A DNA stretch of 64,000 nt from an uncultured Planctomycetota bacterium (GTDB lineage: Bacteria > Planctomycetota > Planctomycetia > Isosphaerales > Isosphaeraceae): NCBI GenBank assembly GCA_963823665.1, contig CAWGMQ010000007.1, positions 288,001-352,000 of the forward strand, in the 5' to 3' direction. Below are positions 42,183 through 55,478 of this stretch, piece after piece. The notes below the pieces were generated by a model. That model saw only the letters and a list, made by a program, of their open reading frames with translations. It was not told the origin of the DNA and made no database searches. Made by a program: the position numbers and the translations under genes. Numbering within the stretch: the first letter of the stretch is position 1; every line of letters starts with the position of its first letter.

Positions 42183-44214
42183 ATGCGCTTAACTCTAAGG
42201 ACTCTTTTGGCTTGGCTCGACGACACGCTTCAACCGGCGCAGGTCAAGGAGATCGGGAGCCAGGTGGCCGGGAGTCCGTTCGCGCAGGAGTTGACGGAGC
42301 GGATTCACCGGGTCACGCGGCAGCGCCGGCTTTCGATTCCGAGCAGCTCGGGCGGGGATGGGCTCGACCCGAACGTGGTGGCCGGTTATCTCGATAACGA
42401 GCTCGACCCGGAAGTGGTGGCGGAATATGAGAAGAGGTGTCTTTCTCAGGACGTGGTTCTGGCCGAGGTTGCGAGCGTGCACCAGATCTTGAGCTTGCTG
42501 GGGCACAAGGTGAAGGTGCCGGCCGCGGCGAGAGCGCGGATGTATCAACTGGTGAAGGGAAGAGATTCGACCCGTACGCCGCGGTAGCGCGATCGGCGAA
42601 GGCGCGGGCCGATCTGCCCGAACCGGTTTCCAAGCCGATCAATCCCTGGGTGGTGCCTGAGGCGCCTCGGCGGTCGACGCTGGAGCGGTTCGGTCCGGCG
42701 GTTGCGTGTCTCTTTCTGATTGGGCTCTGTAGTGCGGCGGCGTGGATGAGCTTGACGGCGCCGGCGCCGGAGGGCTTCCGGGCGCCGGTGGCCGGCGACA
42801 CGCTTGTCGCGGGACCCGGGCCCGTGGTGAAGGACCATGAGGTGGTGGATGCCGACGATGCGCGAAAGGGTTCGCCGGAGGAGGCTGGCGGGGCGGAAGT
42901 GTTGGGTGGGGCGGAGGCTGCGCAGCCGAAGGACGCGCGGGGGGCAGAGCCGTCTGAAGCTGTGATGAAGACCGGCGAGCTGGCTGGAGCGGGAGGTGCA
43001 GCGGATGTTGCGAAGGCGACCGACGACGCGGCAAAAGCCGGGGCCCCCCACGCCAAACTCGTGGTGCCTGCCGGATCACTGGGGCTGGCGGCTGCTCCCG
43101 AGGGGATTCTGCTGCGGTATAGCCCCGACTCGCGTTCGTGGGAGCGGCTCACCGGGCCGACTCCGCTGGCCGCGTCCTCGCGCTTGCTCTGTCTCTTTCC
43201 GACGCGGACGGCGGTTGCGATCGGCAAGGCGGAGGTGTTGATGCTGGGGGAATGCGAGCTTCGCGTCCTGCCGCAATCGACTGAAGCCGCGCCGGCGATC
43301 GAGCTGGCGCAAGGCTGGCTGCTGGTTCGACCCGAGACGTCGACCACGCTCAAGGTCGGCCTGGGCGACCGGCTGATCACGCTCGAGGTGCCGCAGAACG
43401 GCTGTGCGGCAGTCGAGCGATCGGCCCGGTGGGTCTACGGGCGGCTGGTGAGCCCGGTGCCGCCGCTGGTGGTGCACGGTGTTTCGGGCGAGATCACGGT
43501 CACGGTGGGCGCCAAGCAAGAGGTGCTCGCACCGCTGGACGTGCTTTCGATCGACCGCAGCAGTGTGAAGCGGTCGACCGAGGATGCTTCGCCCATGTGG
43601 GCCAGCGACGCGTGGCCGACTCCGGAGGAGGTGAAGGCGCGTGATGATTTTGCCAAAGTGCTTCATCGCGGCCGGCCGATCCTCACGGAGATCGTCGCGG
43701 CGGTTGAAGAGAGTAATGTTCATACCAAGCAATTCGCAGTTGCCGCACTCAAGTCGATGGGGGAGATGTCGTACTTGATGCCGCTGCTTTCGCGCAAGGA
43801 CGATTCCGCGGTGCGGCAAGGAGCTTTAGCGGGGGTGAGGTTGTACACGGCGCTCGGGCCTGAGGCTGCCGCCAAGGTGAACGAGCAGCTCGTGGAGGAA
43901 TTCGGGGACGAGACCGCGGCGATGGCGGGCAAGATGATCGTCGGTTTCTCGCCGCAGGAGGCGGCCAGTCCGCAGCTCTTCTCAGAGCTGATCGAGCTGC
44001 TTTCACCGGCGGAGCAGTCCGTCGGAGTGCGTGCGCTGGCTGTGGACACGCTCAAACGGCTGACCGGGAAGGGCGACATGGGATACGATCCGGATCATCC
44101 CGAAGCCGGGCATGCGGCGTGGGTTGATCTGGAGCGAGAGGGGAAGCTGCGACCGACGGCACCCGCAAAGGCGCCGCGCGGCCGGCGGCACCGGCAAAGG
44201 CCAAGGCGAAATAA
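42183..44214 (+). CDS. Hypothetical membrane-anchored protein with C-terminal HEAT-like repeats (frameshifts near 42580 and 44178)
   Basis: RBS GGAGG; MRLTLRTLLAWLDDTL N-terminus; TM helix; continues in ORF 42437; likely ends PAKAKAK* at 44214. Confidence 0.7.
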
Positions 44215-44303
44215 GCCGGACGACTTCGTCCTTCGCCCGGTGCCCGCTGGCCGAGCGTGGAGTAAGCCGGCCGGATATGTTATAGTTTACCCTGTCGGAA
44301 TAG

Positions 44304-47300
44304 ATGCGCTGGAAGGCAGATTCTTCCTCGCACGATCGAAGCAGCGACCACCGACGGCTGGCTTTCCGGAAGCGGAGGGTCACCGCGCGATGCAACTCTT
44401 CTAGGTGCTGCATCTTGTATTTATTGACGAACTTGCTCATCGCGATGGGCTGTCTCGCTTCGGGCCAGTCGAGCCTACCTCCTGGGCAGAGTGATCCGCG
44501 AGTGGAGGTCGCACCGGCTCGAGCCGGCTCGAGCGTGCCCGCGCCTGGCGGCGGTTTGTCCGCGTCGGCGGGTGCGCAGGAGGGTGCGCGGGAGGTTGAA
44601 GGGCGGATTCCGTGGTTCGTGATCTTGAACATGCCGCAAGACCTGGACGAGTTGTGGCGAAAGATCGAGCGTCCGGATCTCGTGCTCATGAAGGGTGAAC
44701 GTGCGGGGATTGCCGCCGCTCTTGAAACGGCAGCGGCCGGGAAGGGGGCAGATGCATCCCGCGGGCTGGTGGAATCGGTGAAGATTTCAGGTCGCGTCGT
44801 CGGCGAGAGTGCCAACCTCGTGGTCGAGCTGACCGTGGCCGTGAGTGGTGAGGGCGACGTGTGGGTGCCGATCCGGCTGGACAATCAGAGACTGGTTGCC
44901 GCGCGCGAGAACGGGCGGGATCTGGACCTGCGCCAGCAGGAACGCGGGGAGTGGCGGGTGCGTTTGACGGGGCAGGGCGAGCATCGGATCGCGGTGGAGG
45001 TCCGGGCTTTCTTCAGCAACGAGCTGGCGCGGAGGAGGCTGTCGCTGGCGATTCCGGAAGCAGCCACGACTCGCCTTGAGCTGGATCTGGGCGGTCGCGG
45101 ATCGGATATTGTGATCGGGTCCAATGAAGACTTCGGGCAGAACGAGCCTGGACGGGACAAAAGGAAGCCTGTGACGGCCCATCTTTCGCCGCGGTCGAAG
45201 CTGGACGTGAGCTGGCTCGACGATGCGGATTCGGCTGGGGGTGCGCCGCCGTTATTGACGGCGCAAGGTGAAATTGCGATCGAGGTGGATGCGCAGGCCG
45301 TGCGAACGCGGTCGTCGTGGTCGATCCGTTGCGTTCGGGGGACGGCGAGGACCCTGGAACTGAAGGTTGCCGACGACGAGGACATCACGGAGCTCGAGCT
45401 TGACGATCAATCACTGGCCGAGAAGATCGGCCAGGCGCGGGGGCCGGGAAAGCTGACGATACCGCTGGGCGAGCCGCTGCGCGCCGGAGGAGCCGCGCGG
45501 CTGACCTTGCGGACGCGGCGGTCGCTCGCCAAGTCCGGTCCGCGGCGGATCTCGTTCGCGGGCTTTCCGTTTTCGGGTGTGCGCGAGCAGACGGGCTATA
45601 TCGGGATCACGAATAGCCCGAACATCTGGGTCGGATCGGACGCGCCCGCGGGCTTGCACCGGATCGATGCGAGCAAATTGCCGAGCGACTTGCGGGCCCG
45701 GCCGGCAACCAGTCTTGCGTATGAGTTTCTCGATCAGCCGTTCGTGCTGGACCTCGTTGTCGAAGCTTCTCCGACGCAGATCCGCGGGGAGACGCGGACG
45801 CTGCTGGAAGTGGACGCGGACCGCGTGCGCAGCGAAACGACGATCGACTTGACGTGGCTGGGCGAGGTGTTCGAGCTCGAGGTGGGCGCCGCGCCGGGAC
45901 TGGAAGTCGTCTCGGTAGGGCCGCGCGAGTCGGTCGAGAGCTGGCATGCTTCTCTAGCGTCTCGAGAGGCGGGTCGCGGACCGCTAGAGAAGCAGGAACG
46001 CCGGTTGAACATTCGGTTGAGCCCGCAGGCGCGCGACAGCAAGAAGGTATCTCTCAAGCTCGCCGCGATCGAGGCGATCGAGGCGGTGGGATCGATCAAG
46101 CTCGGGTTGTTCTCTCTCGACCGGTCGATTCCGGTGAATGCGTTCTATGCGCTCGCGGCGGGCCGAGGCCTGGCTCTTGAGGTGGGGGACGACTTGAGCG
46201 GGCGGCTCAGGAGCGCTCCGGAGCTCAGGTCAAGATTCCAGAGTCTTTCGGGGATCTGGCCGGGCGTGTTATTGCCGAAGGAGGATCCGGCGCGGCAGTT
46301 GTTCGTCGCCGACAGAGGAGGCTCGAGCTACCTGCCTATCAAGGTCACGCGGCCCAAGCGGCTGCTCCGCCACGAAACGATTCTCTCCGCGAAGGTTTTG
46401 TCGCGGTCGGTGGAGGTGATCGAGCAGACGACGATTTCGGTCCGCCACGGCGAACTGAAATCGGTGGTGATTCGGGTGCCGGCCAGATTCGCCGCGCGGT
46501 GGGAGCTGCTGGAGCGCCAGGAGATCGACAGTCGCGAGCTGGGCCGCGAGGCGGACGGGTCCTGGCGGTACCGTCTGTCGTTCGATCGAGCAGCCATCGA
46601 CCAGGCCGTCGTGCGTTTTCGCTACCGGGTGCCGTTGGCGCAACAACTCGATGCCGCGACTCCGCGGGAGGTGACCCTCGACTGGATCACGATTGAAGAA
46701 GGAGAGGCCGCGCCGGTGAGAGTCGAGCTGGAGCTCGACCCGGAGATCGTTGTCGAGAACGGGACGCCGCCGGGCTGGGCCCGCGCGGCGTTCGATCTGC
46801 ACGCCGAGCCTGTGGGGGAGAGGCCGCTTTTGCAATTCGCCCAGGAGGATGCGCGGAGCCAGCAGCATGTCTTCACGTTCAAGGCCCGGGCTCTGTCGCA
46901 GCACGCGCTTCCGCCGCTTGTCATCCCGCGGCTCCTGATCAAGACGATTCAGGGTGTCGACGGGTCGCGGCGCACGACCGCGCGGTACTGGGTCGAGCGG
47001 CATGGGGCCGAATTCCCGTTTGAGCTTCCCTCGGGGGTCGAGGGGATCGAAGCTCGTGTCGACGGTCGCATCGCCGATCAAGTGGATTACGATCAGTCGA
47101 CATCGCGGCACAGTCTGCGGTTCAAGGGTGACTCGGCCTCCCGACCGGCGCTCGTGGAGCTGGAATTCCAGGAGCCGAAACCGGGCACGAGCTGGCGGCT
47201 CCCCAAGATTCAGGACGGGGCGGTGGTTCTGCAGGCGCTGTGGGAGGCCCGGCTGCCCTGGAGCCTGGCGGTCGTCGGAATTCCTCGCGGCTGGTCCGAC

Positions 47301-47939
47301 GAGAACCACTGGTCCTTCAGCGGCTTTTCCTGGAAACGGCGGCCCGTGCAGGACTCGGCCGGCCTGAACGAGTGGCTGGTGGGAAGCGGCGGCCCGGCAT
47401 CGGCCATTGACGATTTCACAGGGTCGGGGGCATACGAAGAGGATCGGTATCTTTTCAGCCGGCGCGGCGAGCCCGCGGCACTGGAGCTCTGGCTGGTACC
47501 TGGATCGTGGCTGGTCGGCGTCTCTTCGGGGCTCTCGCTGGTGATCGGGTTCCTGGCGATCTTTCGAAAGCTCCGATTTCGTACGATCTGGCTGGGGATT
47601 GCCGGCGCTCTCGTTTTGTGTGCAACGCTGGTTGAGCCGGGTGTGACGGTGCTGGTGCTGCAGGCGGCGGCGCTTGGTGCCGTACTCTCGCTGGTGGGGT
47701 TTGTGATCGAGCGTGCAATCGAGCGGGCGCGTCTGCGGTTGTTGCCGTTCGGGCGGAGCACGCCGGCGGCCGGCCGGCCCCTCTCAGATTCCCCTCCGAA
47801 GGGAACGGCGGTCGTTGGATCGGATGATCCGACGGCGATCCGGGTGCGCGTGCCGTCGACCGTCGACCACGCGCCCGCCGCGGCCGTCGGGCAGGAAGCG
47901 ATACCGGAACTGCGAAGCTCTACCGTTCAGCGGGCTTGA
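44304..47939 (+). CDS. Large hypothetical membrane protein (~1200 aa)
   Basis: Long ORF with beta-rich domains and three C-terminal TM helices; start uncertain. Confidence 0.8.
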   Translation: MRWKADSSSHDRSSDHRRLAFRKRRVTARCNSSRCCILYLLTNLLIAMGCLASGQSSLPPGQSDPRVEVAPARAGSSVPAPGGGLSASAGAQEGAREVEGRIPWFVILNMPQDLDELWRKIERPDLVLMKGERAGIAAALETAAAGKGADASRGLVESVKISGRVVGESANLVVELTVAVSGEGDVWVPIRLDNQRLVAARENGRDLDLRQQERGEWRVRLTGQGEHRIAVEVRAFFSNELARRRLSLAIPEAATTRLELDLGGRGSDIVIGSNEDFGQNEPGRDKRKPVTAHLSPRSKLDVSWLDDADSAGGAPPLLTAQGEIAIEVDAQAVRTRSSWSIRCVRGTARTLELKVADDEDITELELDDQSLAEKIGQARGPGKLTIPLGEPLRAGGAARLTLRTRRSLAKSGPRRISFAGFPFSGVREQTGYIGITNSPNIWVGSDAPAGLHRIDASKLPSDLRARPATSLAYEFLDQPFVLDLVVEASPTQIRGETRTLLEVDADRVRSETTIDLTWLGEVFELEVGAAPGLEVVSVGPRESVESWHASLASREAGRGPLEKQERRLNIRLSPQARDSKKVSLKLAAIEAIEAVGSIKLGLFSLDRSIPVNAFYALAAGRGLALEVGDDLSGRLRSAPELRSRFQSLSGIWPGVLLPKEDPARQLFVADRGGSSYLPIKVTRPKRLLRHETILSAKVLSRSVEVIEQTTISVRHGELKSVVIRVPARFAARWELLERQEIDSRELGREADGSWRYRLSFDRAAIDQAVVRFRYRVPLAQQLDAATPREVTLDWITIEEGEAAPVRVELELDPEIVVENGTPPGWARAAFDLHAEPVGERPLLQFAQEDARSQQHVFTFKARALSQHALPPLVIPRLLIKTIQGVDGSRRTTARYWVERHGAEFPFELPSGVEGIEARVDGRIADQVDYDQSTSRHSLRFKGDSASRPALVELEFQEPKPGTSWRLPKIQDGAVVLQALWEARLPWSLAVVGIPRGWSDENHWSFSGFSWKRRPVQDSAGLNEWLVGSGGPASAIDDFTGSGAYEEDRYLFSRRGEPAALELWLVPGSWLVGVSSGLSLVIGFLAIFRKLRFRTIWLGIAGALVLCATLVEPGVTVLVLQAAALGAVLSLVGFVIERAIERARLRLLPFGRSTPAAGRPLSDSPPKGTAVVGSDDPTAIRVRVPSTVDHAPAAAVGQEAIPELRSSTVQRA

Positions 47940-47952
47940 AGTGCACCCAGCA

Positions 47953-50900
47953 ATGATTCCTAACGAATCGGCTCAGTCGGAGAGGGCGAGGGAGCGAGTC
48001 TCAAGCCGCCCTATCCGCGCGGCGCGAGCGGTTGTACTTGGGCTCTTGTGCGTTGCCTCGGGGCGCGCCACGGCTGCCTCCGAGCCCGAGATCGTGCGGT
48101 TGCGGGCACCGGCGAAGATGACATCGCTATGTTTTCCGCCCGGGACCGAGTTGCGACTGTTGACTGCGGAGGCGTTCGAGTCGCTGCTCGAGCGTGCGAC
48201 TCAAGGGGCGCAGCGACGACTCTCCGCCGGAGCTCCAAGGTTGGTTCGCGCTCGCCACCGCGCGCGGTGGGAGGGCGGTGTCTTGAGGGGAGAGACGGAG
48301 CTCGTAATCGTCAAGTCGACGGCAGATCCGGCGGACTACGTGCTGGACGTGTGGTCGCCGGCAGTCATCTCTGCGACCAGGAGTGGAGCCGCAACCGCTG
48401 GAGACGACGAGCTTCCCGCCCAACTGTTCGCGGAGCCGGTGCGGCCGGCCGATATGCGGCGATCGATCTCGGGCGAATCGATTCTGGAGCCGCTACTCGG
48501 CGCACGCGATTCGGGGATGCAGAGCATTTCGCTGGACGGTTATCCCAGGCAGTCGGTTCGTCTTGTGTGGGAGCTCCAGGCTCAAAAGCGGGTGGGGGGG
48601 CGGAGCATGCATCTGGCTTTGCCGGGTGAGGCGACAACTGTCCTCGCGCTCGAGCTGCCGACGGAGTGGAAACCGTCGGTGCGGGTGGGGCGGCGCCGCG
48701 GGCCGCTGGAAGGGGGCCGAGCCGATCGCCTGCAATGGGAAGTCGAGGCCGAGTCGGGGCGGATCGAGCTCGAGATTGTTGATCGCGAACGCGGAGACCT
48801 GGCGCCCGAGTCGGATCTGTGGGTGTCGGGGGCGACGCAGGTCCATCTACGGGGGACGGTTGACGGCTCCCTGCGGCCGGGGAACTGGTCGACCGAGTGG
48901 CTGCTCGAACTTGATCCGCGCAATCCGAAGTCGCTGGAGGCCGAGCTCGATCCGGGCCTGGAGCTGGTCGAGGTTGTGGGGCCGGCGGTGCGTGGGTTTC
49001 GCATCGAGCCATCGAGCGGGGGACGTCGGGTGAGCGTGACGCTGGGCGGCGAGCTCAAGCGGATCACGGAGGTGAGATTCCTGGCGATTGCTCGCTCGCC
49101 GGGTGATGGGGTCTGGGCGGTCCCGGCGATCAGGCCGCTGAACGCGACCTGGACCGGTGGTACGACGACGGTGAACCTGGACCCGCGTCACGTGGTGACC
49201 GAATGCATCGAGAAAGCCGGGCGGAGGATCGTCGGGCGTCCGGAAGGGGAAAGTGCGGGGATCAACCAGCTCGTGTTCGAGGCGGGCTCGCCCCTGTCCG
49301 TCGCGGACCTGGTCTTTCGCGGGCCCGCAACCGAGTCGTCGTGCTCGGTGCGGGGTCAGCTATTTGTTTCGGGAGCGCCGGCCCGTCTGGAATGCCAGCT
49401 CGACTGGAGCGCAGCCGGCGCCTTGCCGCCAGAGCTCGAAATTGAGCTGAGCCCGGGCTGGATCACAGATCGCGTGCTCATACGTGGAGTTACTGATCCA
49501 TTGGTCTGGCATGCGTCCGCGCTTGAGTCGGGCGGTACCCGTCTGCGCGTGGCGATCCCGGCGAATGCGCAGCAAAAGGAGGTCTCGCTTGTCTACAGCG
49601 CGAGCTCGAGCTCGCCTGAGTCTCGCGGTCCGCTCGAGCTGCCGCGGGTTGTACCTCTGGGCGCGCCGATCGTCGAAGAAGCGTGGCTGGCGTGGGCTGA
49701 TCGGACGACGATGATCCGGCCGACGGACGCGTCTGGACTGGCCTGGATCGATCCCGCGGCGGTGCCGAGCTTTGTAGCCGCTCGCCAGGTGAACGCGGGC
49801 CTGCGCGAGGCGCTTGCCTGGCGATGGATTGACCGGACGGGCAGGGCCCGTGTTGATCGGGAGCCGATCGATCAGGAGCCCTCTGCTTCGGTTGTGATCT
49901 TCGCCACGGTCGATCCTGCAAAAGGGCGGGTCACGCTGAATGGGAGGCTCGTGATCGTGGCGGGGCCGGGGGGACTCGAGCGCATTCCGATCTGGATCGA
50001 GAGTCCGGCGGGCTCGGCCGCAGCGCTGCAGTTCGAGGACCGAGCAGGGGGTGCCGTGCCGCGGCGGGTGCTCGAGGGGTCTGCTCGCGCGGACCTGGGG
50101 CTGCCCGAGGGTGGGCAGGCGCTTGAGGTGGCGGTTCAACTCGTGGGCCAAAGTGAAAAAACAATTTATTTTCATGCGGAATATCCGTGGGCGCCAGGGT
50201 CAGCGATTCCGGTCCTGGCTGTCGCGCGCAAGTACCTCGAGCGGGGCGTGATCGTGGTGAAGACCCCGCACGCGGTGCGCTCGCAATTCAAGGCGACGGG
50301 GATGCACATGCTGGAGGCATCGGCGGTCTCGCCGGAGGGGCGTGACCTAGTTTCCGAACCGGAAGGACCGGGCCGGGCGGCGCGCGAGGGTTATGACGGC
50401 TTTGATGTTCATACATTTGCGTTTAATGAGCCTGGCGCGCGGCTCGAGCTGTTCACGGAGATGCTTGCGCGGATGCAGGAGGCGGGTGTTGTCCGGGAGG
50501 CGGTGCTGGCGACGTCAATCGACCCGAACGGTGCGGCGGTTCATCGACTGCGGCTCTTCTTGCACTGCGGTCAGGCCCGATCACTGGAACTGAAGCTGGC
50601 CGGGGCGACCTCACTGGTGCGAGTGCGCCGAGACGGGACGGACGTGGTGCCGATCGAGTCGGGGAGCGGGGTCTCGATACCATTGCCCGAGGCGAGCCAG
50701 GGGGCGAAGTTCTGTACGATCGTCCTCGATTATGTCGGGGTACGGGAGGTGGGTCTGCCTTCCGGGCGAGTGCGAGCCGTGCTTCCCGTGGTATCGTTTC
50801 CCTGTCTTTCGTTCACGTGGGAGCTTGTGGTTCCGGGAGGGTACGAGGCGGTCGATTGCGGTCCGGGATTACTGGCCGCCCAGAACGAGCCGGCGGCGGG

Positions 50901-53900
50901 CTTTGGTGGCGGCGGCGCAGAGCTGTGGAGAACGGCGTGGGAGCTATTCCGAGGCGTGAGGCATCGCGGTCCCGATCCGACGATCGGATTACTTGACGAA
51001 CGGCTTGTTGACCTGGCGGGGGACGAGCTGACATTCGCGGAGTGGTTCGCGCGGTGGGACGCGGGTTCGCGCGCGGTGATCGTCGACCGCCTGGCGCTCT
51101 ACCGAGCTGGTTTGGGGCCGAAATCGGTATGCACTCCGAGCCGCTCGACGGCCAAGGGCGCGAGCATTTCGCTCGAGACGCTGGAGCGTCACGGGCTGGG
51201 TCTGGTGGTGCTGCCAAACGCGCTCGTGATCACGACCACGAGCGAGCGGCCGGGAATTGAAGAGCGGAATCCCTTGAGCGCCCAGGTTGCGGAAGCTCTG
51301 CTATGGGGCGCGGATCGCGGTGATCGGTTCCAGAGCGTGGCTCGATTCAGGGGCGAGTCGTCACCGAAAGCAGGCGCGCTTGCGGCCGATGAAGGAGTGG
51401 AGCGGGTGAAGCTTCTGGAAGGATGGTCCAGCCGGCGATTCACGGCGCCCGGTTGGCCGGGCGACGACGCGTATGTTTATTTGATTGACGGCCGAGCGCG
51501 GGGGGTTTCGGTGTGGTTGATCGTGTTGGTCGTGCTTGCCGGCTGGGCTCTATGCCGTCGAGTTTTCGAGAAACTGTCGCGGCGTCATCTCGGACTTGTC
51601 GTGCTCATGATCGCGAGCTTGATGCTGGGCTGGATCCTTCCCTCCCGCCATGCGGGATACGCGTGGGGGCTTTTCGGCGGCGGACTGCTGGTCCTCGTCG
51701 CGGAGCTCGGCGTGGGGCTGGGGAGGCTTCGGCAGTTGCGGCGGCGGCGGAGTGAGAGCTCGCTGGTGCGGCGCGCGGCACCGGCGGCGCTCGTCATGGT
51801 GATCCTGGGGTTGCTCGTCGTGCGGGCGGCCTCCGGTCAAGGGGGGATCGGGCCCGGTGGTGGCGGGCCAATGCTTGTTCTCTTTCCTTATGACGAAGAA
51901 AGATTCGATCCGAAGCGTCCTCCGAAAACCGCGATCATTCGACTTGTGGATTTTGAGAGGCTTTCTCGCCTGGCGGAAGTGGACGATCCAGGTCAGCAGA
52001 GCTGCGTGCGAGCCGTTTCCGCAGATCATCATATTCTACGAAAGGGAGCTCGAGAGGCGCTGGTCGAGACGGAGCTCGGCCTCGTCGCATCGGGACGCTC
52101 GCCCTGGGTCTGGCGGCTGCCGGTCTCCGGTGCTCGCGACATCGAGGCGACGCTCGACGGACGGAAGGCACCAATCTCGATCATGCCGGGAGGGCAGGTT
52201 GGGGAGCTGGCGATTCCGAGCGCGGGCCGACACGTTCTCGCGGTCCGGCGATCGTTCGCGACTCTTAGCGAGGCGGGTGTCGAATCGTTTAGCTTTCCGG
52301 TGAACCCGATCGCGGTCGCCCGGGTTGTGGTGGCGCGATCGGGACGGAGCGAAGAAACTCCGGTGCTGGCGGCGACGGGCGGGGCGGAGCTCCAATCCGA
52401 TGGGACCTTGATGAGCCGGCTGGGGCCTGTGGAAAGGGTCGACCTGCGCTGGGTCGGCGTGGGTACCGGCCCGGAGCATAAGCAAGGCGCCATGAGCGTG
52501 GACGGCCTGGTTCTCTGGGATATCGGGCCGGCGGGAGACCGGGTGCGCACGAGACTCTCCTTTCAATCGCCGCGAGCGCTTGAGTCCGTGCGACTGGCGC
52601 ACCCGGCAGGGTTGATCCTGCGCAGCGCGCGAGTGCTCGGTTCCGGGGCGTACGTGTGGTGCGAGAGCGCGGGCAAGGACGAATGGGTGCTGCAACTCGA
52701 TTCGCCGCTCGAGGTCGGCGGAACAATTGAGATCGACTGCTGGATGCCTTCCGCGATGCTGGGAACCGGAGCCGGCGGAGCCGGGCATGCGACGGCGGGG
52801 CTTTGCGTACTGGCGGCTGTTCAGCCGATCGGTGCGGAGCGCTACAGCGGCTCGCTGGGGGTTCGCAAACCCGGCGACTGGACGGGTCGTCTCGAAGCGA
52901 TCGAGGGAGCCGAGCCGATCACGGAAGAGTCGTTCGTGAAGGCGTGGGGGAGCCTTCCGGAAGATGCGCTTACGCTTTCCGGCACGAGGCGGTTCGTGCG
53001 CGAGTGCCGCGCGTCGCTGGCGACCGGACCGGCACCGCCAAGGCTTTCGGTCAAGCCGACGATGCAGCTCGAGTTCGAGCCGGGCAGAGTGGTCATGACC
53101 GTGGATGCCGAGCTTGCGGAGCCATCAGGCCGGTTCGGACAAATCGAGGCGAAGATTCCGGCTGGTCTCAAGATCTTCGAGGTGAATGCCGTGGGACTTG
53201 AGAGCTGGAGTACGACTGCCGATGGCCGGATTCGGGTGATGTTCAATGGTTTCTCCGGGTCGCCTAACCGGCGGTTACGGCTGGCGGGCTCGATTGCTGT
53301 GAGCGAGAATCCGCTTGAAATTGGGTCGCGTCCGCATCGAATCGCCGTGCCGTGGATCGAATGGCTGGACATGGAGACGCTGGCGGGCTTTCTGGTGGCC
53401 TCGTCGACTTCGAAGCTGGAGATGCAGGGGGAATCGGGTGTGACACTGATTGCTTCGGAATCTTCGAGTGCGGGAGTGGCGACTTCACCGCGAACTCGTC
53501 TGACATACCGCGTCGATCTTCCGCGACAGCTTGGCAAGATTTCGTGGCTGCCGACGCCGGCGCGGGTGAGCGTGCTCGTCGACAGCCAGATGACGATTCA
53601 TCCCGATTCGGCCGAATGGGTAGCGGTGCTTCGGTACGACGTGGTCGGGGCGCTCTGAGCGCGATTCACCTGAGGATGCCGGCATCTTGGTCGGCGGCGG
53701 CGGCCCTTCATTTCCCGGGGGGTGGCCACCAATTGACGACGGAGACGCGCGGCCAGACCGCGGTCTGGACGATCACGCCGGAACGACCGGTTTGGGGTTC
53801 GCAGAGGCTCGTGCTGCGGTCCAGTCGTGCGCTCCCGGCGGACCGGGAGCTGCCATTTCCGGAAATTACTCCGCTAGGGCGCGGAGCCGTCGATGCCTGC

Positions 53901-55196
53901 CTGGCCGTGTTGAACGGCACCGAAGGGGCGGTTCTGCTCGAAAATCCTGTCGGGCTGGAACGGATCGAGTATTCCTCGCGATTTCAAGCCCGGGAGTTCG
54001 CCGCGGCGAGCGGGGCGCCCCTGGGTGCGTTTCGGGTGGTGAAAGAGGCGCCGAGTCTCAAGGTGCAACTTCCCCGCGACGGTGCGGCCGCGGGCGATTC
54101 GCCTGACGGCTCGGCGCGGGTGGGTTTTGCCGATGTCTCCGTGGTCGTCATGCCGGACGGCTCGAGCCTGGGGCAGGGCATATACGAGGTGCCGGACAGC
54201 GGGTCTTTTCTCTCGTACGAGCTTCCCGCTGACAGCACGCTCGTCTGGGCGACCGTCGACTCGAACCCGGAGATACCGCTACGGTCGAGCTCGGGTAGAT
54301 GGTCGATCCCGCTCTCAGAGAGCCGGCAGCCCCACGTCAGTCTGATCTGGCGGACGGGCGCGAATGATCGGCGATCGACAGGGTCGACGTGGCCGCTCGT
54401 GCTTCCCAGGGTGGGACAGGGAATGACGACGAACCTGGTAACTCTCTACATGCCGGCTGAGTATACGCTGGGACGGGAGATCGGGGAGCTTCGACCGACG
54501 TCGATGGCGCGGCTGGAGATGGCCCGAGCCGACTGGCTGCTCCGGAGCGTCAACGACTTTGTTCCGAGGATCGATCGCGGCTCCAATCGCGATCACCAGA
54601 AACTGGTATCGATGCTGATCGGCCATGAGATGCGGCTCCGGAGTGTCTCGAGGAGCGATCGGCTGACGGTTGCTGCTGGGGACGCCTCGAACAACCGGAC
54701 GGGGGCGACCTCAAGTTGGGTCGAAGCCGCGCGGGCCCGCCGGGCGGAGGCCGTTGGGAGGGGCAACCTGGAGCAGGACCTTGCGATCGCGAATCGATAT
54801 CTGGGAGCTAGCTCGACGAGCGAGGTGCAGATTTCGCCGACGGTTCCGGAGCCGAATGCGCCCGAGCGCATCCGTACGCTCGGGCGGCCGATTTCGCTGA
54901 TGGGAGTTCTGCCGGGAGTGGATGTTCCGCCTACGAAGCTGTCGCTGGTGGCGGAGAGCGGCCTCTGGACGGCGAACGCGAATGAGCCGGCGAGTCGAAT
55001 GATCATCGCGCTTGTGTTGCTCATGGTAATCGGGCTCTTGACGATGGGCTGGCGCCCGGGCGTGCGAACGGGTATGCTGGCGCTGTTCTTGGTCCTGGGT
55101 CTGGCGTGCTTACTGGGAGGGCCGCTCGAGGTGGCGGTTGCGCTAGGCCTGGCGCTCCTGGGTTTCAGGAAAGGACGGCTCGGGAGCTTCGCGTGA
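47953..55196 (+). CDS. Giant hypothetical membrane protein (~2400 aa; frameshift near 53650)
   Basis: Signal peptide, beta-rich domains, central and C-terminal TM clusters. YDVVG continues as GALSAIHLR in ORF 53352-55196 after a G run. Confidence 0.8.
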
Positions 55197-55305
55197 AGGC
55201 GGCCTTGCTCCCGAGCGCGTGTGTCGTTAGATTCCATGGTCCCTCGCGTGGCGACGAATGAAGGAAGTGATCGTGCAAGCGGTCGAGCCAGACGGCTCGG
55301 GTCGC

Positions 55306-55376
<71 letters not shown>

Positions 55377-55478
55377 TGTTGACGGAGTGAACTTAGACAT
55401 GAAACGCGAGGATCGTACCGGCTTCTTTGCAGTGTGTGCTTGACGGCGACCGTAGCGGCTCCTTGAGCGCGATCCACG

